Assembly (NCBI GenBank): GCA_045541255.1
Contig: JAZQIU010000045.1
Span: 2,497-66,496 of the forward strand
Length of the DNA stretch: 64,000 nt
DNA from: Bacilli bacterium
GTDB taxonomy: Bacteria; Bacillota_I; Bacilli_A; RF39; UBA660
Direction of reading: 5' to 3'
Shown: positions 1 to 10,287 of the stretch, in pieces
How the letters are laid out: every line of letters begins with the position of its first letter
Numbering within the stretch: position 1 is the stretch's first letter
Translations under genes and position numbers: made by a program
The notes under the pieces: model-generated
The model's input: the letters and a program-made list of their open reading frames with translations, nothing else
Told to the model about the DNA's origin: nothing
Database searches by the model: none

Positions 1-497
1 GAGGAAGTTTTATAATTGGTATGGCTAAAAGCCACCCAAATATAAATTATATTGGTTTAGAATTAGATAAAAATCAAACTGCTGCTGCTGTAAAAAATGT
101 AGGAGATGAAAAACTTAAAAATTTAAAAATGATATGTGCTGATGCTAGTGAGATTGTTGAGTTTTTTGGTAAAGAAATTGATACTATTTATTTAACCTTT
201 TCTGAACCATGGCCTAAGAAACAAGATGAAAAGAAAAGATTTACATCATTTAATTATTTGAAATTGTATGATAGAATTTTTAAGAAACATAAACATATTA
301 TTTTAAAAACTGATAATAAAATATTATTTGCATCTAGTATGGAAACATTAAGTCAATATTGGTATTCTTTTGATAAAGTTAGTATGGATTTACATAATGA
401 TGAAAGAAAAATTGATAATATAATGACTGATTTTGAGAAACAATATTATAAAGAAAAAAGACAAATTTATTATGTTGATGCAAGTTTTAAAGAATAA
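1..497 (+). CDS. trmB: tRNA (guanine-N7)-methyltransferase, 5' end cut by window edge
   Basis: Frame of ORF 21..497 stays open to base 3 (GSFYNW-MAKSHPNINYIGLEL). 'INYIGLEL' and 'SEPWPKK' match TrmB SAM-methyltransferase motifs. Confidence 0.85.
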   Translation, partial: GSFIIGMAKSHPNINYIGLELDKNQTAAAVKNVGDEKLKNLKMICADASEIVEFFGKEIDTIYLTFSEPWPKKQDEKKRFTSFNYLKLYDRIFKKHKHIILKTDNKILFASSMETLSQYWYSFDKVSMDLHNDERKIDNIMTDFEKQYYKEKRQIYYVDASFKE

Positions 498-498
498 A

Positions 499-527
499 GT
501 ATTTAGTTGTATAAATACTTTTTTTTG
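499..527 (+). terminator. intrinsic terminator after trmB
   Basis: AGTATTTA-gttgta-TAAATACT stem followed by a T-run. Confidence 0.6.
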
Positions 528-564
528 TGGTTATTTTGTGGTAAAATTTCTTTAAGGTGATAAT

Positions 565-1236
565 ATGGGAAGACTAGACTTTTTAAATCGTTCAATTATT
601 GCCCATAGAGGTATATACAATAATATAACTATTTATGAAAATACTATAGAATCTATTATGTATGCTGTTAAAAATAATTTGTCTGTTGAAATAGATGTTA
701 GATTAACAGTAGATAATGAAGTGGTTGTATTTCATGATGAAGATGCTAGTAGAATGTTGAAGTTAAAAGATAATATAAATAGTTTAACATATGAAGAATT
801 AGAGTATTTATCTCCATATCATATCCCTACTTTAAATGAAGTTTTGAAATGTGTAGATAGTAAAGTTCCTATAGTTATAGAAGTTAAGGAAGATAATAAA
901 ATTATTAGAAATAAATTAATTGAAATATTAAATGATTATAAAGGTAATTATGTTATTCAAAGTTTTATTTATGATATAGTTAAATTTTTTAGGAAAAAGA
1001 ATTATATTGTTGGTTTATTGGTTGGAGATAAAAAAAATATAAAGTATTTAACAAAAAATATTGATGTAGATTTTTTTAATATAAAATATGATGCTGTTGA
1101 TAAAATTAGTTTAAATATATTAAAGAAAAAATATTATTTAATTGGTTATACTTTGAAAACTAGAAATGATGTTGAAGAGTATATTAAAGTATTTAATAAT
1201 TTAGTTATAGATAATATAGAAGAGGTGTTTAAGTAG
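565..1236 (+). CDS. glycerophosphodiester phosphodiesterase family protein
   Basis: 'IAHRG', 'ENT', 'EIDVRLTVDNEVVVFHDED' are GDPD-family signature residues. Confidence 0.75.
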   Translation: MGRLDFLNRSIIAHRGIYNNITIYENTIESIMYAVKNNLSVEIDVRLTVDNEVVVFHDEDASRMLKLKDNINSLTYEELEYLSPYHIPTLNEVLKCVDSKVPIVIEVKEDNKIIRNKLIEILNDYKGNYVIQSFIYDIVKFFRKKNYIVGLLVGDKKNIKYLTKNIDVDFFNIKYDAVDKISLNILKKKYYLIGYTLKTRNDVEEYIKVFNNLVIDNIEEVFK

Positions 1237-1237
1237 T

Positions 1238-1783
1238 ATGATAAAGACTTTTACTGGGCCAATGTTTAGTGGAAAAACAACAGCATTATTAACAACTTAC
1301 TTTAATATGTGGAATAAAGCTAATATAATGTGTTTTAAACCTAAAATTAATACTAGAGATGATGGTATAAAATCAAAAAATATAAAGGATAATGTAAGTG
1401 CTATAGAGATAAATGATTTATGTGAAATAAAAGAACATATAAAGAAAAATACTAAAACGATATTTATTGATGAAGCAAATTTTTTAGTAGGTGATGTAAA
1501 CGTTTTAGTTGAATTAAGTGTTGATAAAAATATAGATATTTATGTTTGTGGATTAAATATGACTGGTGAACAAAAACCTTTTGGCATAATGCCTCAAATA
1601 CTTGCTGTAAGTGATTATATTGATATAAAGAAGGGATATTGTACTGATTGTAATAGGGAAGCAGGATTTAGCTATTATATAGGTGGAAAAGATAAAGATA
1701 TTGTAGTTGGTGATAGTGGATATATTTCTTTATGCGAGGCGTGTTTACGTAAGAGAAGAAAGGGACAAAAAAATGAGAAGTAA
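1238..1783 (+). CDS. tdk: thymidine kinase
   Basis: P-loop 'GPMFSGKTT' and C-terminal Cys pairs 'CTDC...CEAC' typical of type II thymidine kinase. Confidence 0.9.
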   Translation: MIKTFTGPMFSGKTTALLTTYFNMWNKANIMCFKPKINTRDDGIKSKNIKDNVSAIEINDLCEIKEHIKKNTKTIFIDEANFLVGDVNVLVELSVDKNIDIYVCGLNMTGEQKPFGIMPQILAVSDYIDIKKGYCTDCNREAGFSYYIGGKDKDIVVGDSGYISLCEACLRKRRKGQKNEK

Positions 1784-3563
1784 TAAAAAGGGTTATACTT
1801 TAATTGAAATAATAGTTTGTATATTGCTTATTGTTTTAATAGGAACTATTTCTATAATTGTTGTAAAAAAGAATGAAAAAACTAATGATGATTTAAAAGT
1901 TGAGTATGTTGAAAAGATAAAATTGGATACAGCGGTTTATGTTGAGAAAAATAAAGAAAGTACATTATTTTCTGGTTTGAATTCCCCTGAAGATTATACT
2001 TATATTCAATTAAAAGATTTAATTAATTTAGGTATATTAGATGAAAATTTATATAATCCTATTTTTAATAATAGTAGTAAAAATCTTGGACATAGTTTAG
2101 TAAGGGTGTTTTTGGATAGTGAATCAAATATTGATATAGAATATCCTACAGTATATGAAGAAAAAATTAGAGAAGAGCTTCCTGAAGATACTCCACCAGA
2201 AGAAATAGAAGATAAGGTTAAGGATGAAATAGAAAATACTTTAAAAAATGTTTTTATCCATATTAGAGAAAATAATGAAAATGGTAATAAATTTATAATA
2301 CCCGATTCAAAAACAATGCTTAATGTTATTGATAGTTTAGTAAAAGATAAAACTTATAAAAGTAGTTATTATTTTTATAAAGCTTTAAAAGAAGGAGATT
2401 ATAACACTTATAATGATCCGGGGTATTATTTGGCTGATGCTGCTGGTAATATTATTAATACTACAGAAAATGATTGGTGTATAACAAAAGAAAAGATTTA
2501 TAGTGATAAAAAGAAAAAGAATTGGGATAATAAATGGAAATATACTTATGAAATATGTGAGAATAGTTCTATTTATAATGTTTATAAAAATGTAAATAGT
2601 GAAGATAATATAAGAATTGTTGAAATGGTTGATAATGATGCGCCTCTTTTATTATCAGAAAGTGATAATCGTGAATTTGTTAGTGGAGTTGATTATTTTA
2701 ATGCATTAGATAATTATTATTATGGATACTTAGATTTTTGGGCTATGTATTATTATAGTCAAGCATTTTATGTTTATGATAATTATGATGGTGCTAGTTA
2801 TGATGTGCCAGATCGTTTATCAAGTTTGAATTTTACTTATGATTTATTAACACAAGATTTATTATTAACTGATTCTAATAATAATAGTAGAATATATACA
2901 GTTGATGTTGCATTATCATATAATGAACAACCTTATGTTTATTATGATGGTCCTACTTATTTATATGAATATGATATTTATTATTCTAATGGAGAAATAT
3001 ATCCATTCTATGATTATATATATGCTTATGATTGGGATGATAATTTAGAATATACTTATTATTATTTATATGATGATTATGGAAATTATTATTATCCTTA
3101 TGATGATACATACATACCTACAGGCAATTATACTTTATCTGTAGAAGCTTGTGATACTTATTGGTATTGTGATTACCAAACTTATGAAATATATGTAGAT
3201 TATTATTACTATGAAGAACCTTGGTATGATGATTATTATGATGACTATTATGATTATGGATATGACGATTATTATTGTGGAGATGCTTGTATTATAGAGC
3301 AAATGCAGCAAAATTCTGAAGCTTGGTGGGGCGCTTCTCCAGAAGAGCAAGATAGGTTACATGAAGAGAATGAATGGTTAGCTGGCCAATTATCCGGAGA
3401 TACTTATTATACTGATGATGGATATTGGTATTATGATGATGGTTCTTATGTATATGGTGATGATTATTATAATGACTATTATGGTTACGATTATGGTTAT
3501 TATGACGATTATTATGGCTATGATGATTATTACTATGATTATGGATATGATTGTTGTTGGTAA
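1773..3563 (+). CDS. prepilin-type N-terminal cleavage/methylation-domain protein with extreme Tyr/Asp-rich C-terminal region
   Basis: Internal ATG at 1773 gives 'MRSNKKG/YTLIEIIVCILLIVLIG', a class of type IV pilin leader (G, then aromatic, E at +5, hydrophobic helix). The start overlaps the tdk stop by 11 nt. The C-terminus has runs such as 'YYDDYYDDYYDYGYDDYY'. Confidence 0.7.
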   Translation: MRSNKKGYTLIEIIVCILLIVLIGTISIIVVKKNEKTNDDLKVEYVEKIKLDTAVYVEKNKESTLFSGLNSPEDYTYIQLKDLINLGILDENLYNPIFNNSSKNLGHSLVRVFLDSESNIDIEYPTVYEEKIREELPEDTPPEEIEDKVKDEIENTLKNVFIHIRENNENGNKFIIPDSKTMLNVIDSLVKDKTYKSSYYFYKALKEGDYNTYNDPGYYLADAAGNIINTTENDWCITKEKIYSDKKKKNWDNKWKYTYEICENSSIYNVYKNVNSEDNIRIVEMVDNDAPLLLSESDNREFVSGVDYFNALDNYYYGYLDFWAMYYYSQAFYVYDNYDGASYDVPDRLSSLNFTYDLLTQDLLLTDSNNNSRIYTVDVALSYNEQPYVYYDGPTYLYEYDIYYSNGEIYPFYDYIYAYDWDDNLEYTYYYLYDDYGNYYYPYDDTYIPTGNYTLSVEACDTYWYCDYQTYEIYVDYYYYEEPWYDDYYDDYYDYGYDDYYCGDACIIEQMQQNSEAWWGASPEEQDRLHEENEWLAGQLSGDTYYTDDGYWYYDDGSYVYGDDYYNDYYGYDYGYYDDYYGYDDYYYDYGYDCCW

Positions 3564-3579
3564 GTGGGAGGAGTAAATT

Positions 3580-4029
3580 ATGAAGAAAAAAATATTATTG
3601 ATAATAATTAGTGTATTAATTTTAGTTGGTTTGGGAGTTTTAATTTTCTTATTGGTAGATAAAGATGATAAAAAAGTTACTACTGAAAATAAAACTGAAG
3701 AAAAGGAATATTATTTGGCTATGCATAAAAGAATGTATGATTATTATAAAATTATGTATAAGAATATAGATGTTCCTGAAGATAAAAAAGATTCTACTAT
3801 AAGAATAAATTTAGGTACTTTAAAAAGAGAAGGTTTTCCAATGGAAGAATTTGTTAGTTTTGATGGTAAAGATGAATGTGATTTGGCAATGAGTTATGCA
3901 GTTAGAAAAGTTGTAAATAATAAATATCAAATAGAAGTTTATTATAAATGTGGTACAACTGCAAATTATGATTATACAAAAGTAAGTACTACAAAGAAAA
4001 TTAATACAACAACTAAGAGTGGGAGTTAA
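3580..4029 (+). CDS. membrane-anchored hypothetical protein
   Basis: N-terminal TM 'ILLIIISVLILVGLGVLIFLLV', GGAGG RBS upstream. No recognisable family. Confidence 0.55.
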   Translation: MKKKILLIIISVLILVGLGVLIFLLVDKDDKKVTTENKTEEKEYYLAMHKRMYDYYKIMYKNIDVPEDKKDSTIRINLGTLKREGFPMEEFVSFDGKDECDLAMSYAVRKVVNNKYQIEVYYKCGTTANYDYTKVSTTKKINTTTKSGS

Positions 4030-4031
4030 TA

Positions 4032-4715
4032 ATGAGTAGAGGTAAATTAATTGTAATTGAAGGTACTGATTGTAGTGGTAAAGAAACACAAGCTAAACTA
4101 TTGTTAGAGAAATTAAGAAACAAAGGTATTAAAATAGAGGAAAGAGGTTTTCCAATGTATGATACTCCTACTGGATATATAGTTGGTGCTTGTTTGTTAG
4201 GTAAACCTCATATGGGAGAAAGTATTTTTGAAGAAGGAACAACTAATGTTCCGCCTAAGGTTGCTGCATTATATTATGCAGCAGATAGATTGTATAATAT
4301 AGAATCTATTAACAAAATGTTAGATGATGGTGTAAATGTTATTTTAGATAGATATGTTGAAAGCAATATGGGACATCAAGCAGGTAAATTAAAAGATAAA
4401 CATGATAAACTAAATATGATGAATTGGTTAGAAAAATTAGAATATGATTTATTAGAACTTCCTAAGCCTGATATAGTAATGTTTTTATATATGCCATATC
4501 AATATTCTGTTGAGTTAAGGAATAAACGTGCTGAAGCAGCTGATGGTGCTGAAAGAGATGTTGAACATTTAAAAAATGCTGAAGCTACATATTCTTTAAT
4601 GGCTGAAAAGTATAATTATAATATAATACATTGTGTTAAAGATGATAAAATAAGAACTATAGAAGAAATAAATGAAGATATATATTCTTTAGTAATTGAA
4701 AAGTTAAAGGATTAG
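4032..4715 (+). CDS. tmk: thymidylate kinase
   Basis: 'IVIEGTDCSGKETQ' P-loop and 'LDRY' motif. Confidence 0.9.
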   Translation: MSRGKLIVIEGTDCSGKETQAKLLLEKLRNKGIKIEERGFPMYDTPTGYIVGACLLGKPHMGESIFEEGTTNVPPKVAALYYAADRLYNIESINKMLDDGVNVILDRYVESNMGHQAGKLKDKHDKLNMMNWLEKLEYDLLELPKPDIVMFLYMPYQYSVELRNKRAEAADGAERDVEHLKNAEATYSLMAEKYNYNIIHCVKDDKIRTIEEINEDIYSLVIEKLKD

Positions 4716-4764
4716 TTGATTGACTAATTCTTTTTTATGTCATATTATATTTTTGGTGATATAT

Positions 4765-5445
4765 ATGAAATATGTATTAGTTACAGGAGGAGCACAAGGT
4801 TTAGGTAAAGAAATAGTTAAAGAATTATCTAAGTGTTCTTATAATGTTATTATTGGATATTTAACTAATGAAGATATGGCAAAAGAATTATGTACATATT
4901 TGAATGGTAAATATAATGTTAATAACATTGTAAAGAAAATTGATATAACTTGTGAAGAATGTGTAAAGAGTATATTTGAAGAATATGATATAGAAATTCT
5001 TATAAATAATGCTAGTTTATCTAATGATAATTATATAGATAATAAAAGTTTTGATGAATTTATGGATGTTGTTAAAGTAAATTTAGGTGGAACTTATTTA
5101 ATGTGTAAGTATGCTAAAAATACACAAACAATAATTAATATTAGTAGTAAAGATGGCATTGATACATATAATCCTATTAGTTTAGATTATTCAAGTAGTA
5201 AAGCAGGTATAATTAATTTAAGTAAGAATTTAAGTTTATATTATAAAGATAAGAAAATATATTGTGTGTGTCCTGGATGGATTAATACTGAGAGTGTTAT
5301 GAATATGAATCCGAATTATTTAAAATCTGAAATGAATAGAATAGGACAAAATGAATTGTTAGATAGCAAGTATGTAGCTACTAAAATAGTAGATTTAATT
5401 AATAGTAATAAAAAAAGTGGAAGTGTGGTAGTTATAGATGAATAG
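4765..5445 (+). CDS. SDR-family oxidoreductase
   Basis: ATG at 4765 gives 'MKYVLVTGGAQGLGKEI' (TGxxxGxG) and catalytic 'YSSSK'. The ORF-track TTG start at 4720 is probably an artefactual extension. Confidence 0.8.
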   Translation: MKYVLVTGGAQGLGKEIVKELSKCSYNVIIGYLTNEDMAKELCTYLNGKYNVNNIVKKIDITCEECVKSIFEEYDIEILINNASLSNDNYIDNKSFDEFMDVVKVNLGGTYLMCKYAKNTQTIINISSKDGIDTYNPISLDYSSSKAGIINLSKNLSLYYKDKKIYCVCPGWINTESVMNMNPNYLKSEMNRIGQNELLDSKYVATKIVDLINSNKKSGSVVVIDE

Positions 5446-6673
5446 ATTAGAAATAAAAGAGTTAATTAATAATTGTGAAAAAGAATTAACAAGTGAGTTT
5501 GATAAAGTTAATAAGTTATGTGAAGAAAATACTTTTAAAGTAATGGAGTCTTTCAAAAAAAATGGTGTAAGTGAAATACATTTTAATAGTACAACAGGTT
5601 ATGGATATAATGATATTGGTAGAGAAGTCATAGAAAGAGTTTACGCTGATATATTTGGTGCAGAAGCAGCTTTAGTACGCAATCAATTTATAAGTGCTAG
5701 TCATGCTTTGAATGTTGTTTTATTCGCTTGTTTACGTCCAGGTGATACTATGCTCTGTATTACAGGATTGCCTTATGATACTATGCATGAAGTAATTGGT
5801 TTAAAAGAAAATGGTAGTAGTTTAAAAAGTTTTGGAATAAATTATGAACAAATAGATTTAATAGATGATGATTTTGATTATGATAAAATATCAAATACTA
5901 TAAAGAATGCAAAATATAAATTAATACATATACAAAGAAGTAAAGGTTATAGTGAAAGAAAAAGTATTACGATAGAAAAGGTTGAAAAAGTTATAGATTT
6001 AATTAAATCTATTGATAAAGATATTATTGTTATGGTTGATAATTGTTACTGTGAAATGGTTAATAATCAAGAACCTAGTCATGTTGGAGCAGATTTAGTG
6101 GTAGGTTCATTGATTAAGAATTTAGGTGCTGGAATTGCTTCTAATGGAGCATATGTTGTGGGTAAAAAAGATTTAATAGAACTATGTGGTGAAAGATTAA
6201 CATTACCTGGGGAAGGTAATGAAGTAGGCCCTAGTTTAGGAGCTAATAAGGAATTTTTGAAAGGTTTATTTTTTGCTCCAAGTGTAGTAGCGTCTAGTTT
6301 AAAAGTTGCTATCTTAACTAGTAAAGTTTTAGAAAAATTAGGTTATAAAGTTGAACCAAAATATAATGATGATAGAGCTGATATAGTTCAAAATATTATA
6401 TTTGAAGACAGAGATTTGTTAATTAAATACTGTCAAGGGATACAGAGTGGGTCACCAATAGACTCTAATGCTTTACCTATACCAACAGATATGCCAGGCT
6501 ATGATGATGAAATAATTATGGCTAGTGGTTCATTTACTCAAGGATCTAGTATTGAAATTAGTTGTGATGGTCCTTTAAGAAGTCCATATATAGCATATCA
6601 ACAAGGCGGTTTAACTTACGAAAGTGGAAAATATGCTTTGATTAGTGCAATTGATTATTTATTAAATAAGTAA
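5438..6673 (+). CDS. PLP-dependent 'aluminium resistance'/YnbB-like (Met gamma-lyase family) protein
   Basis: 'GYGYNDIGREVIERVYADIFGAEAALVRNQFISASHAL' resembles the YnbB/aluminium-resistance family N-terminus. Confidence 0.65.
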   Translation: MNRLEIKELINNCEKELTSEFDKVNKLCEENTFKVMESFKKNGVSEIHFNSTTGYGYNDIGREVIERVYADIFGAEAALVRNQFISASHALNVVLFACLRPGDTMLCITGLPYDTMHEVIGLKENGSSLKSFGINYEQIDLIDDDFDYDKISNTIKNAKYKLIHIQRSKGYSERKSITIEKVEKVIDLIKSIDKDIIVMVDNCYCEMVNNQEPSHVGADLVVGSLIKNLGAGIASNGAYVVGKKDLIELCGERLTLPGEGNEVGPSLGANKEFLKGLFFAPSVVASSLKVAILTSKVLEKLGYKVEPKYNDDRADIVQNIIFEDRDLLIKYCQGIQSGSPIDSNALPIPTDMPGYDDEIIMASGSFTQGSSIEISCDGPLRSPYIAYQQGGLTYESGKYALISAIDYLLNK

Positions 6674-6680
6674 AAAAAAC

Positions 6681-6708
6681 TTGCATAAATCATATATTAT
6701 GTTATAAT
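6681..6708 (+). promoter_or_regulatory. sigma-A type promoter upstream of rpsO
   Basis: TTGCAT (6681-6686), 16-nt spacer, TATAAT (6703-6708). Confidence 0.55.
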
Positions 6709-6794
6709 AGCATTGTAAAAGTTTTTACTTGGTTTTGATTTTCTCCAAATTATTACTAAGTTTAAACGGATATTAGAAATAGGGAGGATTTAAA

Positions 6795-7064
6795 ATGGCA
6801 ATTTGCAAAGAAAGAAAAGCTGAACTTGTTAAAAAGTTTGGTAAAAACGAACAAGATACTGGTTCTACAAAAGTTCAAATAGCTATATTAACTGATGAAA
6901 TCAATGATTTAACTGAACATTTAAAAGTTCATAAACATGATTATCATTCAAAACGTGGATTATTAATGAAAGTTGGTAAAAGACGTAGTTTATTAGACTA
7001 TTTAAAGGAAAACGATGTAGTAGCATATCGTGAGTTAATTAAAGAATTAAATATTAGAAAGTAG
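6795..7064 (+). CDS. rpsO: 30S ribosomal protein S15
   Basis: 89 aa with '[29 protein letters not shown]', a canonical S15 sequence. Confidence 0.95.
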   Translation: MAICKERKAELVKKFGKNEQDTGSTKVQIAILTDEINDLTEHLKVHKHDYHSKRGLLMKVGKRRSLLDYLKENDVVAYRELIKELNIRK

Positions 7065-7090
7065 GCACTTTATTTTTGGTGCCTTTTTTT
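7063..7090 (+). terminator. intrinsic terminator after rpsO
   Basis: AGGCAC ... GTGCCT stem followed by T7. Confidence 0.65.
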
Positions 7091-7108
7091 ATTGGAGGGT
7101 TTATATTA

Positions 7109-7678
7109 ATGAAATTAAAAAATATTTATGTTGGTACTACAAAAGATGGTAAACATAGAGTTTTAGAAAAAAGATTTAGAGTACATGATGGAAGTAGTTA
7201 TACAGTTTATGTTGATTTAAAAACAAAAGATGAATTTACTGCTATAGATATCGATACTGATACTTTAATACCTTTTGGTCAATCTGTTTCAGATAAAAAG
7301 CATGCAACAAAAAGAAAAGTTATAAAAGCTTTTAAGACAGATATGAAGTTAAAGTATCATGTGGATAACTTATTTATATGTGATAAATGCAAAGTAGATT
7401 GGACTACTAGTCCGTATATATCAAGATATTATAGTAAAAAGCCTATGTCTGTAGAACCTGTTGGATATAATTTGCTTTTTGTAAAGATTAATGGTGAGTA
7501 TAAAGATTTAGGGACTTCAAAAATTTATAAAGCTGAAGGAGATCCAACTTTGGAAATAGGAGATTTTTGTGTTAATAATATAAGAAATGTTACAGAAGAG
7601 TTAGGTTTACAAGGTGTTGTTAGTAAAAATTTTGCTTTAAGATTACATTATAATAAATTTAAAAGAAAAAATAATTAA
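7109..7678 (+). CDS. hypothetical protein inserted between rpsO and pnp
   Basis: ATG at 7109 preceded by GGAGGG. 189 aa with no recognisable motif. Confidence 0.5.
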   Translation: MKLKNIYVGTTKDGKHRVLEKRFRVHDGSSYTVYVDLKTKDEFTAIDIDTDTLIPFGQSVSDKKHATKRKVIKAFKTDMKLKYHVDNLFICDKCKVDWTTSPYISRYYSKKPMSVEPVGYNLLFVKINGEYKDLGTSKIYKAEGDPTLEIGDFCVNNIRNVTEELGLQGVVSKNFALRLHYNKFKRKNN

Positions 7679-7704
7679 AATATATTTTAAAAGGAGTTGA
7701 AGTA

Positions 7705-9885
7705 ATGAAGAATATTTTTGAATTAGATTTTGATGGAAGAAAATTAGTTGTAGAAAATGGAGAACTTGCAAAACAAAGTAATGGTTCTGTATTAGTTAGA
7801 TATGGAGATACAGTAATATTAACTGCTGCTGTTATGAGTAATAATGTATCTACTGCAGATTTTTTCCCTTTAACAGTTGTATATAATGAAAAGTTATATT
7901 CAGTTGGTAAAATACCAGGTGGTTTTATAAAAAGAGAAGGTCGTCCTTCTGAAAATGCTACATTAGCGGCTCGTTTAATAGATAGACCAATAAGACCTAT
8001 GTTTGATGAGAATTTTAGAAATGAAGTACAAGTTATAAATACTGTATTATCTGTTGATCCTGATAATAGTCCTGAAATGACTGCACTATTTGGTTCAAGT
8101 TTAGCATTAGGTATATCTAATATCCCATTTGATGGTCCTGTTGCTGGAGTTGTAGTTGGTAAGATTGGTAAAAAATTTATTATTAATCCCACTACTGAAG
8201 AAATGGAACAAAGTGAATTAGTTTTAACTGTTGCAGGTACTGAAACTGATATTTGTATGATAGAAGCCGGCTCTAAACAAGTTAATGAACAAGTTATGTT
8301 AGATGCTTTAGAATTTGGGCAAAAAGCAATTAAAAAGTTATGTAAATTTCAAAAGAAAATAATTAAAGAAATAGGTTTAGAAAAATGCGAAGTAGAATTA
8401 GCTCAAATAGATCCTGAACTAGAAAAAGCTGTTAGAGAATATTCAACTAAAGATATGTTAGAAGCAATTCAAATTAAAGATAAGTTAGAAAAATATGCAA
8501 GAATAGATGAAGTTAAAGAAGAAGCTGTTAATCATTTTGCTGAAGTATATGCTGAAGACGAAGAAGTGGAAAGTATTTTAAAGACAGTTAAGAAGATTGC
8601 AGATATGATTGAAGCTGATGAAGTTAGAAGATTAATAACTGATGAAAAAATTAGACCTGATGGAAGAAAGATGGATGAAATAAGACCTTTAAGTGCTGAT
8701 ATTGATTTATTACCACGTACACATGGTTCAGCTTTATTTACAAGAGGACAAACACAAGCTTTATCAACAACAACTTTAGGTGCTATTGGAGAACATCAAA
8801 TTTTAGATGGTTTAGGTTTAGAAGATTCAAAAAGATTTATGCTTCATTATAATTTCCCTGCATTCAGTGTTGGAGAAACTGGAAGATATGGTGCTCCTGG
8901 AAGACGTGAAATTGGTCATGGTGCTTTAGGAGAAAGAGCTTTATTACAAGTTATTCCTAGTGAAGAAGAATTCCCATATACAATACGTGTTGTAAGTGAA
9001 ATACTAGAAAGTAATGGAAGCAGTAGTCAAGCAAGTATTTGTGCTGGATGTTTATCTTTAATGGCTGCTGGTGTTCCAATTAAAGCTCCAGTTGCTGGTA
9101 TTGCAATGGGATTAATTACAAAGGGTAAAAATTATACTATTTTAACTGATATTCAAGGTTTAGAAGACCATATGGGTGATATGGACTTTAAAGTTGCAGG
9201 TACTAGAGATGGTATTACTGCTTTACAAATGGATATTAAAATTAAAGGTGTTACTCGTGAAATCTTAAAAGAAGCTTTAGAACAAGCTAGAAAAGCAAGG
9301 TTTGAAATATTAGATTTAATGGAAACTGTTATTGCAGGTCCTAGAAGTGAATTAAGTGAGTATGCTCCAAAAATTGAAACATTTAATATTGATCCAGAAA
9401 AGATTAAAGATGTAATTGGCCGTGGTGGAGAAATGATTACTAAGATAATATTAGAAGCTAGTAATGTAAAAACTGTTAATGATAAAGACGCTGTTAAAGT
9501 AGATTTAGAAGATGATGGTAGAGTAATCATTTATCATACTGATAAAGAAGTTATCGCTAAAACTGCTGAAATGATAAAAAATATTGTTAGAGTAGTTGAA
9601 GACGGAAAAATATATGATGCTAAAGTAGTTAAAGTAGAAGACTTTGGATGCTTTGTTGAATTATGGCCTGGTTGTGAAGGATTAGTTCATGTATCTCAAT
9701 TAGATCATGAAAGAGTTAATAAACCAAGTGATATAGTAAAAGTTGGAGATGAAATAATAGTTAAATCTTTAGGATACGATAATAGAGGAAGATTAAACTT
9801 ATCAAGAAAAGAAGCAATACCTGCTCCTAAGAAAAAAGAAATAAAAGAAAAGAAAGATAAAAAAGAAACAAAAGGAGATAAATAA
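7705..9885 (+). CDS. pnp: polyribonucleotide nucleotidyltransferase (PNPase)
   Basis: Full-length duplicated RNase PH core, with KH ('[12 protein letters not shown]') and S1 ('[19 protein letters not shown]') domains. Confidence 0.95.
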   Translation: MKNIFELDFDGRKLVVENGELAKQSNGSVLVRYGDTVILTAAVMSNNVSTADFFPLTVVYNEKLYSVGKIPGGFIKREGRPSENATLAARLIDRPIRPMFDENFRNEVQVINTVLSVDPDNSPEMTALFGSSLALGISNIPFDGPVAGVVVGKIGKKFIINPTTEEMEQSELVLTVAGTETDICMIEAGSKQVNEQVMLDALEFGQKAIKKLCKFQKKIIKEIGLEKCEVELAQIDPELEKAVREYSTKDMLEAIQIKDKLEKYARIDEVKEEAVNHFAEVYAEDEEVESILKTVKKIADMIEADEVRRLITDEKIRPDGRKMDEIRPLSADIDLLPRTHGSALFTRGQTQALSTTTLGAIGEHQILDGLGLEDSKRFMLHYNFPAFSVGETGRYGAPGRREIGHGALGERALLQVIPSEEEFPYTIRVVSEILESNGSSSQASICAGCLSLMAAGVPIKAPVAGIAMGLITKGKNYTILTDIQGLEDHMGDMDFKVAGTRDGITALQMDIKIKGVTREILKEALEQARKARFEILDLMETVIAGPRSELSEYAPKIETFNIDPEKIKDVIGRGGEMITKIILEASNVKTVNDKDAVKVDLEDDGRVIIYHTDKEVIAKTAEMIKNIVRVVEDGKIYDAKVVKVEDFGCFVELWPGCEGLVHVSQLDHERVNKPSDIVKVGDEIIVKSLGYDNRGRLNLSRKEAIPAPKKKEIKEKKDKKETKGDK

Positions 9886-10224
9886 ATGGGGCAAAATATA
9901 AGAATTGGAGATTTTTGTAAACATTTTAAAGGTAAAACTTTAGTTGAAAAAAATATATATAAAATTCTTTTATTAAATGTAATATATTCAGGTGATAATT
10001 CAACTAAAAAACTAAATGATTTAGTTGTATATGAAAATATATTTGATGGTAAAATTTTTACTAGGGAAGCGAGTGATATTTTTACTGAATTATCTATGGA
10101 AAAACAAGAAGAATTTAATCAACTTTATAAGGTGCAAAAATTAACAGAGGAAGAATTATCTCAAATTCAAACTGATGATTATAGAGTAAAAAAATTAGAA
10201 TATATTAGAAATAAAAATAAATAG
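9886..10224 (+). CDS. small conserved protein, DUF1653-like
   Basis: 'FCKHFKGK...VVYENIFDGKIFTRE' resembles DUF1653. Recognition by eye only. Confidence 0.45.
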   Translation: MGQNIRIGDFCKHFKGKTLVEKNIYKILLLNVIYSGDNSTKKLNDLVVYENIFDGKIFTREASDIFTELSMEKQEEFNQLYKVQKLTEEELSQIQTDDYRVKKLEYIRNKNK

Positions 10225-10256
10225 AGATTATTAAAAGTATAATAATCTCTTTTTTT
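10223..10256 (+). terminator. intrinsic terminator
   Basis: AGAGATTATT-aaaagtat-AATAATCTCT followed by T6. Confidence 0.7.
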
Positions 10257-10287
10257 ATACATATAAATTAGTAAAAGGAGGAATTAT

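Noticed and set aside
1707-1772. N-terminal extensions offered by the ORF track (e.g. 1707, 4720, 16062, 20405, 26320, 32532, 33368, 53522)
   Set aside because: Each extension lacks an RBS and overlaps the preceding gene or a promoter. In each case an internal ATG with a good RBS yields a canonical N-terminus: prepilin leader, Rossmann motif, signal peptide, and so on.
3135-3350. 71-aa ORF on the - strand inside the Tyr/Asp-rich region
   Set aside because: It is an Ile-rich shadow of (TAT/GAT)n codons read in reverse. It has no RBS and lies wholly inside a longer, better-supported + strand gene.
2700-3563. Possible CRISPR-like or tandem DNA repeat array in the TAT/GAT-rich stretch
   Set aside because: There is no regular repeat-spacer periodicity. 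The pattern is codon-level compositional bias within an intact reading frame. No CRISPR array was seen anywhere in the window.
7659-9530. Antisense ORFs 7659..8192 and 9153..9530 (- strand)
   Set aside because: Both lie inside the unambiguous pnp gene. Their translations are low-complexity Ser/Leu/Ile-rich shadows.
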